Below are positions 22,111 through 31,477 of a DNA stretch of 64,000 nt, in pieces. The translations under genes and the position numbers were made by a program. Within the stretch, counting starts at the first letter, position 1; every line of letters starts with the position of its first letter. The stretch is from contig JAJYNJ010000027.1 in NCBI GenBank assembly GCA_021786385.1, positions 20,760 through 84,759 of the forward strand, given 5' to 3'. Below the pieces are notes generated by a model, which was not told where the DNA came from, searched no databases, and was given only the letters and a program-made list of their open reading frames with translations. This DNA is from Chloroflexota bacterium (GTDB taxonomy: Bacteria > Chloroflexota > Limnocylindria > Limnocylindrales > CSP1-4).

Positions 22111-23120
22111 GCGAACCCCTCCAGCGTCTCGTCGATCGGGACGGCCTCCGCCTCCGGTGCCAGGCCGAGCCGCTCGAGCCGTCTACACCGGATGGGCCCC
22201 CAAGGGCGATCCTGCTCCACGGCGATCTCGCGGCGCTTGACCAGCTCGAGCATCGCGAGGAACGTCACGGCCGCCAGCACCCGGTCGGCGGTCTCGCCGA
22301 GCAGCTCCTGGAGCACCACCATTGGCGCGCGCCGGATCGCCGCGCGGATCGCTTCGGCCCGTTCGGCCAGCGTGATCGTGCGCCGCAGCACCTCTGGGGG
22401 TGGCGGCGCCGGCGGAGACAGCTGCGCGGCACTGCGGAGTGCGGCGACGAGCAGGGCCGGGTCCAGCGGCGTGACCGCGGGCGGGCGCGCCCCAGCCAGC
22501 CCGGCCGCCTGCGCCACGGACGGCTCTCGGCGAAACAGGGGCCCGCACGTCCGTGCCCGCTCGGCCAGCCACAAGCCGGCGTCCCGGTATGCACGGTACA
22601 GGATCAACCGCCGCCGCAGTTGGGCCTCAGGATCGGGGCCCTCGTCGACCAGCTCCGTTGGGGCCTCCGCCGGCGCCCGGGGCAGGAGCGCCCGCGACTT
22701 GATCAGGATCAGCTGGGCCGCCACGGCCACGAACGCGCTCAGATACGGCAGCCGCTCCCCCTCGAGCCGTGCGAGCGCCTCCAGGTACGCGCCCGCCAGC
22801 GCCCCCAGCGGCACCGTCAGCACGTCGAGTTGGCGCGCCTCGATCAACGAGAGGAGCAGCGCGAGCGGGCCCTCGAAGGCGATCGGATCGCGCTCGGGCC
22901 CGGTCGAGAGGGCGTCCCTGAACGAGCCGGGCGCGGCCGCGGGTAGGCCGGCGCGGGCTACCGGCTCGAACGCCACGCCGGCGGCGTCGGTTTGGGGAGC
23001 CATCCCGACGCAGACGCGTGTGGCCTGCTCCGGGCGCCGCCCCTCCCCGAACGAGACCGCGATCGGCGGAGGCGCGGTCCCAGGGCGCCGAGACGACGAG
23101 CCGACCCGCGACAGGCCCAT
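22107..23120 (-). CDS. scpA: segregation and condensation protein A
   Basis: GPLALLLSLIEARQLDVLTVPLGALAGAYLE kleisin N-terminal motif. The ORF may start at the internal MAPQTD. Confidence 0.75.
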   Translation of the reverse strand: MGLSRVGSSSRRPGTAPPPIAVSFGEGRRPEQATRVCVGMAPQTDAAGVAFEPVARAGLPAAAPGSFRDALSTGPERDPIAFEGPLALLLSLIEARQLDVLTVPLGALAGAYLEALARLEGERLPYLSAFVAVAAQLILIKSRALLPRAPAEAPTELVDEGPDPEAQLRRRLILYRAYRDAGLWLAERARTCGPLFRREPSVAQAAGLAGARPPAVTPLDPALLVAALRSAAQLSPPAPPPPEVLRRTITLAERAEAIRAAIRRAPMVVLQELLGETADRVLAAVTFLAMLELVKRREIAVEQDRPWGPIRCRRLERLGLAPEAEAVPIDETLEGFA

Positions 23121-23122
23121 CG

Positions 23123-23485
23123 TCAGCTCGCCTCGTCGGCCCGGTGCAGGGCCTCGCCCGCCGGGTCCGACGGTCTGGCCTGGCGACGGATCAGTTCGGC
23201 CGTGCGGGACGAACAGCCGGCGCGCAGCGCGAGCTCGGCCGAGACCTCGGGGTGCCGCTCGAGCTGGTGCAGGGCCGCCGTGAAGCCCGGTATGTGCGAG
23301 GCGATGCGGCGGGGCTCCTTGCCGTAGCGCTCGCCCAGCGACCAGACCACACGCGGCCAGAGCCCGGTGCGGCCCTTACCCGCATCGTGGAAGAGCCCGG
23401 CGAGCAGCACGTCCTCGTCCCTCCAGCCCTCGTCGCGCAGGCGACGCACCACGTCGAGGCCGTGGCGCCGATCGGCCCGGTGCAT
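23123..23485 (-). CDS. small HD-domain protein (possibly N-terminally truncated)
   Basis: H..HGLDV...AGLFHDAGK metal-binding motif in only 120 aa. No standard start codon exists further upstream in frame. Confidence 0.45.
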   Translation of the reverse strand: MHRADRRHGLDVVRRLRDEGWRDEDVLLAGLFHDAGKGRTGLWPRVVWSLGERYGKEPRRIASHIPGFTAALHQLERHPEVSAELALRAGCSSRTAELIRRQARPSDPAGEALHRADEAS

Positions 23486-23588
23486 CGACGCGAAGAGCCG
23501 ACGCTGCGCCGGCGTCAGCCACGCCTCCAGCGCACGCCACTCCTCGGGCGTGACACGGGCGACCAGGTGGGTGGCGAACTGGCGGACT

Positions 23589-24263
23589 TTAACCGCCCAC
23601 CAGGAACGAATAGATGTGCTCCCCGATCGGGCTGATGACCGGTGCTCCCACGAGGAAGAGCACGATGATCAGCAGGAACCCGTACTGCTCGTACTGGCGG
23701 ATCTGCCATGCCGTCCGCGGGCTCACGACCCCCAGCAGCACTTTGTACCCGTCGAGCGGCGGGATCGGCAGCAGATTGAAGACGAAGAGGAAGACGTTGA
23801 TCAGCACCAGGTAGTTCAAGACCAGCCAGAGCAGGTCCTGCGCCTGCCCGCCATATGGGTTCAGGAGGCCGAAGGCATTGATGGCGCGCAGGGCAACCGC
23901 CACCAGCGCGGCCATGGTCAAGTTCGAGAGCGGCCCGGCGGCGGCCACGATCGCCTCACCCCGTTGTCCGCCCTCGAGGTTGCTTGGGTTCACCGGGGTG
24001 GGCTTGGCCCAGCCGACGAAGATGCCGCCGGCCAACGCGCTCAGCGCGAGCAGCCCCGCCCCGAGCGGGTCGAAGTGCACACGCGGATCGAGCGAAAGCC
24101 GGCCCAGGTATCGCGCGGTGTGGTCCCCCAGCCGGTCGGCGGCAAGCGCGTGGCTGAACTCGTGCACGGGGAACCCGACGAGCAGGATGACCGCCACCGC
24201 GATCAGGGACGCAACGAGCTGCGAATTCACGCGACCTCCGTGCTGGAACCGGGCGACGCGCAC
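23589..24263 (-). CDS. site-2 protease family zinc metalloprotease (M50, minimal, no PDZ)
   Basis: HEFSH in the first TM helix, a later LDG motif, and six hydrophobic segments. Confidence 0.7.
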   Translation of the reverse strand: MRVARFQHGGRVNSQLVASLIAVAVILLVGFPVHEFSHALAADRLGDHTARYLGRLSLDPRVHFDPLGAGLLALSALAGGIFVGWAKPTPVNPSNLEGGQRGEAIVAAAGPLSNLTMAALVAVALRAINAFGLLNPYGGQAQDLLWLVLNYLVLINVFLFVFNLLPIPPLDGYKVLLGVVSPRTAWQIRQYEQYGFLLIIVLFLVGAPVISPIGEHIYSFLVGG

Positions 24264-24371
24264 ATGGTAGCGGCAGGGAGAGACGCGGGTGCGCCGGGCC
24301 CCTTACGGAGCGATCGTCGGCCTCGTCCAGGCGCCAATCAGACGGCCCGTGCCGGTGGCGGTCCCGGCGCG

Positions 24372-25157
24372 TCAGAGCCGCGCCAGCAATTCCGCCTTCT
24401 TCGCCTCGAACTCCTGGGGCGTGATGGCGCCCCGGTCGCGCAGCTCCGCGAGGCGCGCCAGCGTCGACATGATCTGCTCCGGGTCGGCGCGATCGGGCCG
24501 GTGGTCACCGGTCGGCGGCATCGACCCGGCCTCGCCGGCGACCGAGGTTGGCTGCGCGGCGCCTGCCGGGCCTGGCGACGGGCTGTTCCAGACGGCCGGG
24601 TCGACGCGCAGCGGCGGCGCCGGTGCGCGGCCCACCTCGAGCTCCAGGGCGTGCTTCTGGTTCAGCATTTCGCGCTTGAAGTCGGCGGCCCGCGACAGCA
24701 TGTGGAACCGGTCGATCGCCGACTCCGAGGCCGTCAGCACTTCGAGGTCACCGAAACCGAGGATCCGGCCTAGGAGGCTCTGCTCGAGGACCGCATCGTT
24801 GATCTTCTCGAGCGACGAGTCGGCAGCGCGCTTGTTGAGGATCCCCTCGACCTGCACCACGCGGCGGTTGGTCACGACGTAGTCCTGCGCGCGCCAGGCG
24901 AGGACGTGGTACAGCGCGAAGACCAGCCCCGCGGCGAGCGCCACGACGGAGAGGACTGCAAGGCCCAGGCCGACCCTCCCGGCGATCCCCGAGGCATCCC
25001 GGATCGCCAACCCCGCGACCAGCGCCAAAGCTCCGATCAGCAGCAGGAGCCAGGCGCGCCGCGCCTGCACCAGCGGCGCCAGCCAGTGTTGGCGCGCCCG
25101 GCGCACGACGATCTCGCCGTCCGCCAGCAGCGAGTCCGTGTATCGCATCGCCGGCAC
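24372..25157 (-). CDS. membrane protein with bacterial PH (YdbT-like) domain and C-terminal SHOCT domain
   Basis: Two TM helices precede a PH-like core. The C-terminus LAELRDRGAITPQEFEAKKAELLARL matches the SHOCT pattern. Confidence 0.55.
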   Translation of the reverse strand: MPAMRYTDSLLADGEIVVRRARQHWLAPLVQARRAWLLLLIGALALVAGLAIRDASGIAGRVGLGLAVLSVVALAAGLVFALYHVLAWRAQDYVVTNRRVVQVEGILNKRAADSSLEKINDAVLEQSLLGRILGFGDLEVLTASESAIDRFHMLSRAADFKREMLNQKHALELEVGRAPAPPLRVDPAVWNSPSPGPAGAAQPTSVAGEAGSMPPTGDHRPDRADPEQIMSTLARLAELRDRGAITPQEFEAKKAELLARL

Positions 25158-25172
25158 TCCTCTCCGTCCCGT

Positions 25173-26207
25173 TCACGCCCGCGGATGCGCCCGCGCGTAG
25201 ACCTGCCGGATGCGCTCCCCGGTCAGATGGGTATAGAGCTGTGTGGTGTCAATGCTCGCATGTCCAAGCAGCTCTTGGACCACGCGCAGGTCCGCGCCCC
25301 CTTCGAGCAGGTGCGTGGCGAAACAATGCCGCAGCGTGTGCGGCGTGACGTGTTCGGAGAGGCCAGCGTTGGCAGCCGCTCGCTGCACCGCCCGCCAGGC
25401 GGCCATGCGTCCCAGGCGCTTGCCGCGCGGAGTGACGAAGAGCGGGTCGCCGGCGACGGACGAGCGTGGGTCGGCGGCGGCGTGGCGGGCGGCCCGCGCC
25501 GGGCGCGGCGGCGGCGACCCCGTTCGACTGCTGCCGTCGGACGACAGGCGGGCCATCCAGGCCGGGCGCACCTCGTCGAGCCAGCGCACCAGAGCGTCGA
25601 GGGCCGGCTCGCCGACCGGCACCAGCCGCTCACGATCCCCTTTGCCGATCACCCGTACGTAGCCGCCTTCCAGCGACAGGTCCGCTCTGTCGAGGCCGAG
25701 CGCCTCACTGATGCGCAGGCCGCACGCGTACAGCAGCTCGAGCAGCGCGCGATCGCGGATGGCAGCGCCTTCGACGACGGTCGAGGGCGGCGCGGGCGGC
25801 AAGGGAACCCCTTCGAGCAGCCGGCGAACGTCGTCGGGGTCCAGCACGCTGGGGAGGCGCCGGGCCTGCCGCGGCAGGTCGAGCGTGCCTGCCACGTCGA
25901 CGTCGATCCGCTCGTCGCCGTAGGCGAAACGGTAGAAGGCCCGGATGGCGGCGGCCTTGCGGCGGTGGCTGGCGGGGCGCAGCGAGCGCGGGGGTCGCGC
26001 CAGCGCCGCCAGGTAGGCTCTCGCTGGATCGGGGCTGGTGGCCCACTCTTCGATGCCCTCCGCGCCCGTTGCGAACGCGCGGAGGTCGCCCGCGTACGCC
26101 CGAATGGTGAGAGGCGAGAGGCCACGTTCGACGCGCAGGTGGCTGAGGTACGCGTCGATCGCCCGGCGCAGCGCGTCGCGCGGATCGGGACGGTCGTCGG
26201 CGCCCAT
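25173..26207 (-). CDS. xerD: tyrosine recombinase XerD
   Basis: 344 aa from MGADDRPDP. The catalytic C-terminus reads HTLRHCFATHLLEGGADLRVVQELLGHASIDTTQLYTH. It directly follows recN, a position conserved for xerD. The long upstream extension in the ORF track is an antisense artefact. Confidence 0.8.
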   Translation of the reverse strand: MGADDRPDPRDALRRAIDAYLSHLRVERGLSPLTIRAYAGDLRAFATGAEGIEEWATSPDPARAYLAALARPPRSLRPASHRRKAAAIRAFYRFAYGDERIDVDVAGTLDLPRQARRLPSVLDPDDVRRLLEGVPLPPAPPSTVVEGAAIRDRALLELLYACGLRISEALGLDRADLSLEGGYVRVIGKGDRERLVPVGEPALDALVRWLDEVRPAWMARLSSDGSSRTGSPPPRPARAARHAAADPRSSVAGDPLFVTPRGKRLGRMAAWRAVQRAAANAGLSEHVTPHTLRHCFATHLLEGGADLRVVQELLGHASIDTTQLYTHLTGERIRQVYARAHPRA

Positions 26208-27844
26208 CAGTCCGGCCCGTGCGCGCGATCCCCCGCCGCCCGTTCCAGCAGCTCCCGCGCCGCCGCAAACGCCGCCGGCCCCCCATCCTCGCCCCCCAGC
26301 ATCAGCGCCAGCTCCGTGACCCGCTCGTCGCCCTCGAGACGGCGCAGCTCGGTCACCGTGCGGCCATCGCGCTCCTGCTTCTCGATGCGGATATGCGCGT
26401 CGGCGTGGGCCGCGATCTGCGCCAGATGCGTCACGCAGAGGACTTGATGGTCCCGCGCCAGGCGTCGCAGGGCGCGGCCCACCCGGTCGGCGGAGCGCCC
26501 TCCGATCCCCGCATCGATCTCGTCGAAGACGAGCGTCGGCGTGGCGTCGGCGGCCGCCAGCACCCCCTTCACGGCCAGCGAGACGCGTGACAGCTCCCCG
26601 CCAGACGCGATGCGGGCCAGCGGCAGGGACGGTTCGCCCGGGTTGGGCGCGATCAGGAACTGCACCGTCTCGGCTCCCGTCGCAGAGAGTTCGCCGGGGT
26701 GCAACGCCACCTCGAAGCGGGCCTGTCGGAACCCCAGCTCCGCCAGCGCGCGTGAGACCTCGGCCGCCAGCCGCGTCCCAGCCGCGCCGCGCGCCGCCGT
26801 CAGCTCCGCCGCCACGTCCCGCGCGGCGGCCTCCAGGCGCACGTCGTCCGCCGCGCGTGCCGCGCGCTCCGCCTCCAGGCCCCGCAGTCGTTCCGCCTCC
26901 GCGCGTGCCCGCTCGCCGTGTGCCAGGACCGCGGCCTCGTCGGGCCCGTACTTGCGCTCCAGCGCGTAGATCTGCCCGAGTCGCGCTTCCAGGGCGGCGA
27001 TCGCCGCCGGGTCGTGGTCGAGCCCCGCCGCCAGTCGACGCAGCTCCGAGGCCACGTCGTCGGTCTCTGCGAGCAGCCCCTCGAGGCGCGTGGCAAGGCC
27101 ACCGAAGCGCGGGTCGAGGCGCGCCAACTCCGCGCCGTCCCGCGCCGCACGCGCGAGGACGTCGTGCGCCCCGCTCCCCTCCCCCGTCAGCCGCTCGCGC
27201 ATCCCACCGACCAGGCGCGCCACCTGTTCCGCGCTCGCCGCCGCCGCCAGCCGGACGCGGATCTCGTCGGCCTCCCCGGGCCGCAGGCCGGCCGCCTCGA
27301 TCTCGGCCGCCTCGTGCTCGTGCAGGTCGAGCATGCGCGCGACGACCCTCGGGTCTCCTTCGAGCGCGTCGAGCGCCGCTCGGTTCGCCCGCCAAGCCGC
27401 CACCACGCCCGCCACCCGCTCGCGCAGCACCGCGTGGGCGCCGTAGGCGTCGAGCAGGTCGCGTTGCTGCGCGGGGTCCAGCAGCCGCTGCTGATCGTGC
27501 TGGCCGTGGATCTCGACGAGCGGGCCGGCGATCTCCGCGAGCCGAGCGGCGGTCACCGCCGCGTCGTCGACGCGTGCCGTGCTGCGCCCGGCGGCCGTCA
27601 GCTCGCGCACGCAGATCAGTGGCTCGGGGTTCCGGTCGAAGAGCGCCTGGACGCGTGCCGCGGACGCCCCGGCACGGACGAGGCCGGCGTCCGCGCGCGC
27701 CCCGAGCACGAGCGCCAGCGCATCGATCAGCAGCGACTTGCCGGCGCCGGTCTCGCCGGTGATCACGGTGAACCCAGCGTCGGGCTGCAACCGCACCCGC
27801 TCGATCAGCGCGAGGTCCCGAACGTCCAGCTCGAGGAGCGTCAC
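26207..27844 (-). CDS. recN: DNA repair protein RecN
   Basis: N-terminal Walker A (ITGETGAGKSLLIDAL), a long coiled-coil middle region, and C-terminal LVFDEIDAGIGG. Confidence 0.85.
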   Translation of the reverse strand: MTLLELDVRDLALIERVRLQPDAGFTVITGETGAGKSLLIDALALVLGARADAGLVRAGASAARVQALFDRNPEPLICVRELTAAGRSTARVDDAAVTAARLAEIAGPLVEIHGQHDQQRLLDPAQQRDLLDAYGAHAVLRERVAGVVAAWRANRAALDALEGDPRVVARMLDLHEHEAAEIEAAGLRPGEADEIRVRLAAAASAEQVARLVGGMRERLTGEGSGAHDVLARAARDGAELARLDPRFGGLATRLEGLLAETDDVASELRRLAAGLDHDPAAIAALEARLGQIYALERKYGPDEAAVLAHGERARAEAERLRGLEAERAARAADDVRLEAAARDVAAELTAARGAAGTRLAAEVSRALAELGFRQARFEVALHPGELSATGAETVQFLIAPNPGEPSLPLARIASGGELSRVSLAVKGVLAAADATPTLVFDEIDAGIGGRSADRVGRALRRLARDHQVLCVTHLAQIAAHADAHIRIEKQERDGRTVTELRRLEGDERVTELALMLGGEDGGPAAFAAARELLERAAGDRAHGPD

Positions 27845-28683
27845 GATGGCAGCAGCTGCGCCTTCTCGCGCAGCAGATCCCAGAACGCCGGCGCGCCCCG
27901 TGGCTCCAGGAAGCGCAGCGGACGCTGGCGGGAGCGTACCTCGACCACGTCGCCGACGTTGAGCAACACATCCTCGTGCCCGTCGATGCTGACGAGCACG
28001 TCGAAGGCCGCCAGAACCTGCACGCGCACGGTGTGGCGGGGACCGACCACTACGGAGCGGATCGCGCTCAGGTAGGCCGCCACGGCCGTGACCACCAGGT
28101 TCCGGCTGGTGGGGTCGAGGATCGGGCCGCCGGCGCTGAACGAGTACCCGGTCGACCCGGTGGGAGTGGCGATGATGACCCCGTCGGCGATGTACGTCGC
28201 GAGGTGTGAGCCATCGATGGTGACCTCGAGACGGACGACCCGGGCCTCACGTGCCCGCACGATGGCCGCATCGTTGAGGGCGACGTAGGGCCGCTCGCCG
28301 TTCTCGCGGCCGCCCCGGAGCACCCGCGCCTCCAGCACCATGCGATCCTCGATGGCGTAATCGCCGTCATGGATCCGTCCCAGCACGCGTTCTAGGTCGT
28401 GCGCCTCCGCTTTCGAGAGAAACCCCACCTTGCCTAAGTTGACGCCGAGGATCGGCACGTCGGCCTCGACGACCGCCACGGCGTGCGCCGCCCGCAGCAT
28501 CGTGCCGTCGCCACCCAGCACCACCAGCGCATCGGTCCCAGGCAGCCCAGCGGCCACCCCATCGCTGTCACCGGCAGCCGCATCCCAGTGCTCGATGTGC
28601 ATCTCGTCGCACCAGCGGCGGGCCCGCTCGCGCAGATCGATCGCCGCGGGGATCGTGGGGTTGAACGCAAGACCGAGCCGCAT
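27841..28683 (-). CDS. nadK: NAD kinase
   Basis: GGDGTML, NLGKVGFL and ATPTGSTGYSFSAGGP motifs. Confidence 0.85.
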   Translation of the reverse strand: MRLGLAFNPTIPAAIDLRERARRWCDEMHIEHWDAAAGDSDGVAAGLPGTDALVVLGGDGTMLRAAHAVAVVEADVPILGVNLGKVGFLSKAEAHDLERVLGRIHDGDYAIEDRMVLEARVLRGGRENGERPYVALNDAAIVRAREARVVRLEVTIDGSHLATYIADGVIIATPTGSTGYSFSAGGPILDPTSRNLVVTAVAAYLSAIRSVVVGPRHTVRVQVLAAFDVLVSIDGHEDVLLNVGDVVEVRSRQRPLRFLEPRGAPAFWDLLREKAQLLPS

Positions 28684-29417
28684 TAGCCTGGGACCGTCAG
28701 GCGCAGGAAGAACTCCCGGTTGCCGGCCGGACCGAGGAGCGGCGAGGCGACCTCCCCGCGCACCGCGAGGCCGATCGACGTCGCAAACGCGCGCACCTCG
28801 TCGAGGATCGCGCGGTGCACGGCCGGGTCGCGCACGACGCCCCTTGCGGCCCGCCTGGGCCCCGCCTCGAACTGCGGCTTGACGAGCGCCACGATCTCGG
28901 CCCCGGGCGCGAGCTGCGTGACGATCGGGCGGAGGAGCCGGGTCAGGGAGATGAACGAAACGTCGACCACGGCGAGCGTCGGTCGTTCCGGGAGCGCCAC
29001 GTGCTGCGGATCGGCGGGGTCGAGGCGACGCGCGTGCGTCCGTTCCATCGAGACGACGCGGGGATCTGCACGGAGCGACGGGGCGAGCTGGCCGCGACCC
29101 ACGTCGAGAGCATAGACACGTGCCGCGCCGCGCTGCAACAGACAGTCGGTGAACCCGCCCGTCGAGGCGCCCACGTCGAGGCAGACCCGCCCAGCCGGGT
29201 CCACCCCGAACGCGTCGAGGGCGCCCGCGAGCTTCTCGCCGCCGCGGGAGACGAAGGGCGCCCGTTCGACGAGCGTGAGCGGAGTTGTCGGATCCACCAG
29301 GTCGCCCGGCTTGCGGTCGCCGCGCGCCCCGTCCCCGGCCCCCACGCGGATGCGCCCGCCGAGCAGCAAGGCCTGCGCTCGAGCCCGCGTCTCCGCAAGG
29401 CCGCGGGCCACGACCAA
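28683..29417 (-). CDS. tlyA: TlyA-family rRNA 2'-O-methyltransferase (S4 + FtsJ-like)
   Basis: DVGASTGGFTDCLLQRGA SAM motif, after an N-terminal S4-like segment. The start is a TTG in the track, and a CTG 24 nt further upstream is possible. Confidence 0.8.
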   Translation of the reverse strand: MVVARGLAETRARAQALLLGGRIRVGAGDGARGDRKPGDLVDPTTPLTLVERAPFVSRGGEKLAGALDAFGVDPAGRVCLDVGASTGGFTDCLLQRGAARVYALDVGRGQLAPSLRADPRVVSMERTHARRLDPADPQHVALPERPTLAVVDVSFISLTRLLRPIVTQLAPGAEIVALVKPQFEAGPRRAARGVVRDPAVHRAILDEVRAFATSIGLAVRGEVASPLLGPAGNREFFLRLTVPG

Positions 29418-29437
29418 CTGGTCCAGGCGGACTCGGG

Positions 29438-31468
29438 TCAGGCGCTGCGTGCCCCCACCACCTCGCGGGCAGAGGCCAGGCCCAGCTCGGCGAGCGTCTC
29501 GCGCACCTGGGATTCGAGGCCCGCTACGTCGAGCCGCAACACCCGCCGCAGGTCGGCCACCGAGCCGTGGTCCACGAAGCGCCCCGCCGGGATGCCGATG
29601 ATGCGCACCGGGACACCCCGCAACGCCGGGTCGCCCAGGCCGGCACGGGCGATCGTCTCCAGGACCGCCGACCCGAAGCCACCTGCGTCGACGCTCTCCT
29701 CGAAGGTGACGACGAGCCGCTTCCCGCGCGCGTGGCGCAGGATCAACGCCTCGTCGAGCGGCCGGGCGAAGCGCGCGTTGATGACGGCGATCGACCAGTC
29801 CTCCGCGGCGAGGTTCTGGGCCACAGCCAGCGCGCGCATGACGATCGGGCCGAAGCCCACGAACAGGAGCTCACGGCCGTCCTGCAGCAGCTCCCCTTCC
29901 CCCACGGGGATCGGATCCGGCGTCACCGGCGGCAGGTCGAAGCCCGGATCGCGCGGGTAGTGCAGCGCGAACGGGTGCCCCTGCGCGAAGGCGGTGCGGA
30001 GCAGGCGGCGCAGTTCCTGCTCGTCCTTGGGCGAGGCGATCACGAGGTTCGGCAGCTGCCGCTGCGCGGGCAGGGTGAACATGCCCTGATGGCTCGTGCC
30101 GTCTTCGCCCACCAACCCGGCCCGGTCGACCCCGATCACGACCGGCTGGTCGTTCTGGCAGACGTCGTGCACAGTCTGGTCGAACGCGCGTTGCAGGAAC
30201 GTGGAGTAGATCGCCACGAACGGCCGCAGGCCGCCGAGCGCCAGCCCGGTGGCCAGCGTGACGGCGTGGGGTTCCGCGATCCCCACATCGAAGAACCGCT
30301 CGGGGTAGGCGGCCTGGAAGTGGTTGAGCCCGGTGCCAGTGGGCATGCCGGCGGTGATCGCCACGACCCGTGGGTCCTCGGTGGCGATGGCGAGCAGTTC
30401 CTGCGCCATGACCGTGGTGTAGGTGGGCGGCTTGCGCGCGGCAGCGGCCGCCTGGGCCACCGACGGGGTCGCGTCCCCGTCGCCGTTCGGCGAGGCGACC
30501 GGCGCGCGCGAGGTGACGCCGGGCACGTCCATCGGCGGCAACGCCGCCCCGTGGAATCCGACCTGGTCGGCCTCGGCAGGTTCGTACCCGTGCCCCTTCT
30601 GCGTGCGCACGTGGACGATCACCGGCCCTTCCAGACGCAGGGCACGCCGGAACGTCGAGGTGAGCGCGTTGAGGTCGTGGCCGGGCACGACGCCGATGTA
30701 GGTGATGCCGAGATCCTCGAACAGATGGCCCGGCTGCTGGGCGAAGTTCACGACCGACTTGCGCGCGCGCCGCGACAGCTCGACCGCCGTCGAACCGATG
30801 ATCGGCAGCCGCTCCAGGAACGCGTCGTAGCCGGCCTTCGTGGTCTGCCAGGCCTGGGAGAGCTTGATCGCGCTCAGGTAGTTCGAGAGCGCCCCGACCG
30901 TCGGCGAGATGCTCATCTCGTTGTCGTTGAGGACGATCAGTAGGTTCATCTGCCGCTGGCCGATGTCGTTGAGCGCCTCGAGCGCGAGGCCACTCATCAG
31001 CGCCGCATCGCCCACCACCACCACGATCCGCTCGTGGGTGCCGCGCAGGTCCCGCGCCGCGGCGAGCCCCTGGGCGATCGAGAGCCCCGTGCCGGCGTGG
31101 CCGCCATCCATCACGTCGTGCTCGCTCTCGACGCGCCGCGGAAAGCCCCCCAGACCACCGAGCTGACGGAGCGTCGGGAACCGATCGAGGCGCCCCGTCA
31201 GCAGCTTGTGCGGGTAGGCTTGGTGCCCCGTGTCCCACACGATCCGGTCGTACGGGGAGTCGAGCAGGCGGTGCAGCGCGACGGTGAGTTCGACCACTCC
31301 GAGCGAGCTGCCGAGGTGTCCGCCCGTCACCGCGACGGTCTCGACGATCGTGCGCCGGATCTCGTGACAGAGGGTCTCGAGTTGCTCGTCGTCGAGCGTG
31401 CGCAGGTCGCGCGGCCCGCTCAACGAGGGGAGGATCGGCATGGCATCCTCCGGGGAAGACGATGGCAT
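29438..31468 (-). CDS. dxs: 1-deoxy-D-xylulose-5-phosphate synthase
   Basis: GGHLGSSLGVVELTVALH, the GDG..SGLA TPP motif, and DTGHQAYPHK. 676 aa. Confidence 0.9.
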   Translation of the reverse strand: MPSSSPEDAMPILPSLSGPRDLRTLDDEQLETLCHEIRRTIVETVAVTGGHLGSSLGVVELTVALHRLLDSPYDRIVWDTGHQAYPHKLLTGRLDRFPTLRQLGGLGGFPRRVESEHDVMDGGHAGTGLSIAQGLAAARDLRGTHERIVVVVGDAALMSGLALEALNDIGQRQMNLLIVLNDNEMSISPTVGALSNYLSAIKLSQAWQTTKAGYDAFLERLPIIGSTAVELSRRARKSVVNFAQQPGHLFEDLGITYIGVVPGHDLNALTSTFRRALRLEGPVIVHVRTQKGHGYEPAEADQVGFHGAALPPMDVPGVTSRAPVASPNGDGDATPSVAQAAAAARKPPTYTTVMAQELLAIATEDPRVVAITAGMPTGTGLNHFQAAYPERFFDVGIAEPHAVTLATGLALGGLRPFVAIYSTFLQRAFDQTVHDVCQNDQPVVIGVDRAGLVGEDGTSHQGMFTLPAQRQLPNLVIASPKDEQELRRLLRTAFAQGHPFALHYPRDPGFDLPPVTPDPIPVGEGELLQDGRELLFVGFGPIVMRALAVAQNLAAEDWSIAVINARFARPLDEALILRHARGKRLVVTFEESVDAGGFGSAVLETIARAGLGDPALRGVPVRIIGIPAGRFVDHGSVADLRRVLRLDVAGLESQVRETLAELGLASAREVVGARSA

Positions 31469-31477
31469 CGCGGGATT

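Noticed and set aside
25173-26207. Two tyrosine recombinases (here and at 61455-62546) as possible integrases marking a prophage or integrative element.
   Set aside because: Both have XerC/XerD-type catalytic C-termini. They sit in conserved chromosomal contexts (after recN, after topA) and are translationally coupled to housekeeping genes. No att-like repeats, phage genes or compositional shift lie nearby.
25173-27971. 932-aa minus-strand ORF spanning xerD and recN in another frame. Similar very long ORFs occur at 842-2380(+), 8288-10927(+), 16954-18879(+), 21055-23283(+), 44664-47690(+), 56274-58700(+) and 61455-63206(-).
   Set aside because: All are antisense or out of frame relative to well-supported conserved genes. 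They translate to Arg/Ala/Pro/Gly-rich low-complexity sequence, as expected from stop-codon depletion in very GC-rich DNA.
29417-29441. A tlyA start further upstream at the CTG (29439-29441), overlapping the dxs stop.
   Set aside because: It would restore a fuller S4 N-terminus (TRVRLDQLVV...). However, CTG starts are rare. The TTG start at 29417 used by the ORF track is retained and the alternative noted.
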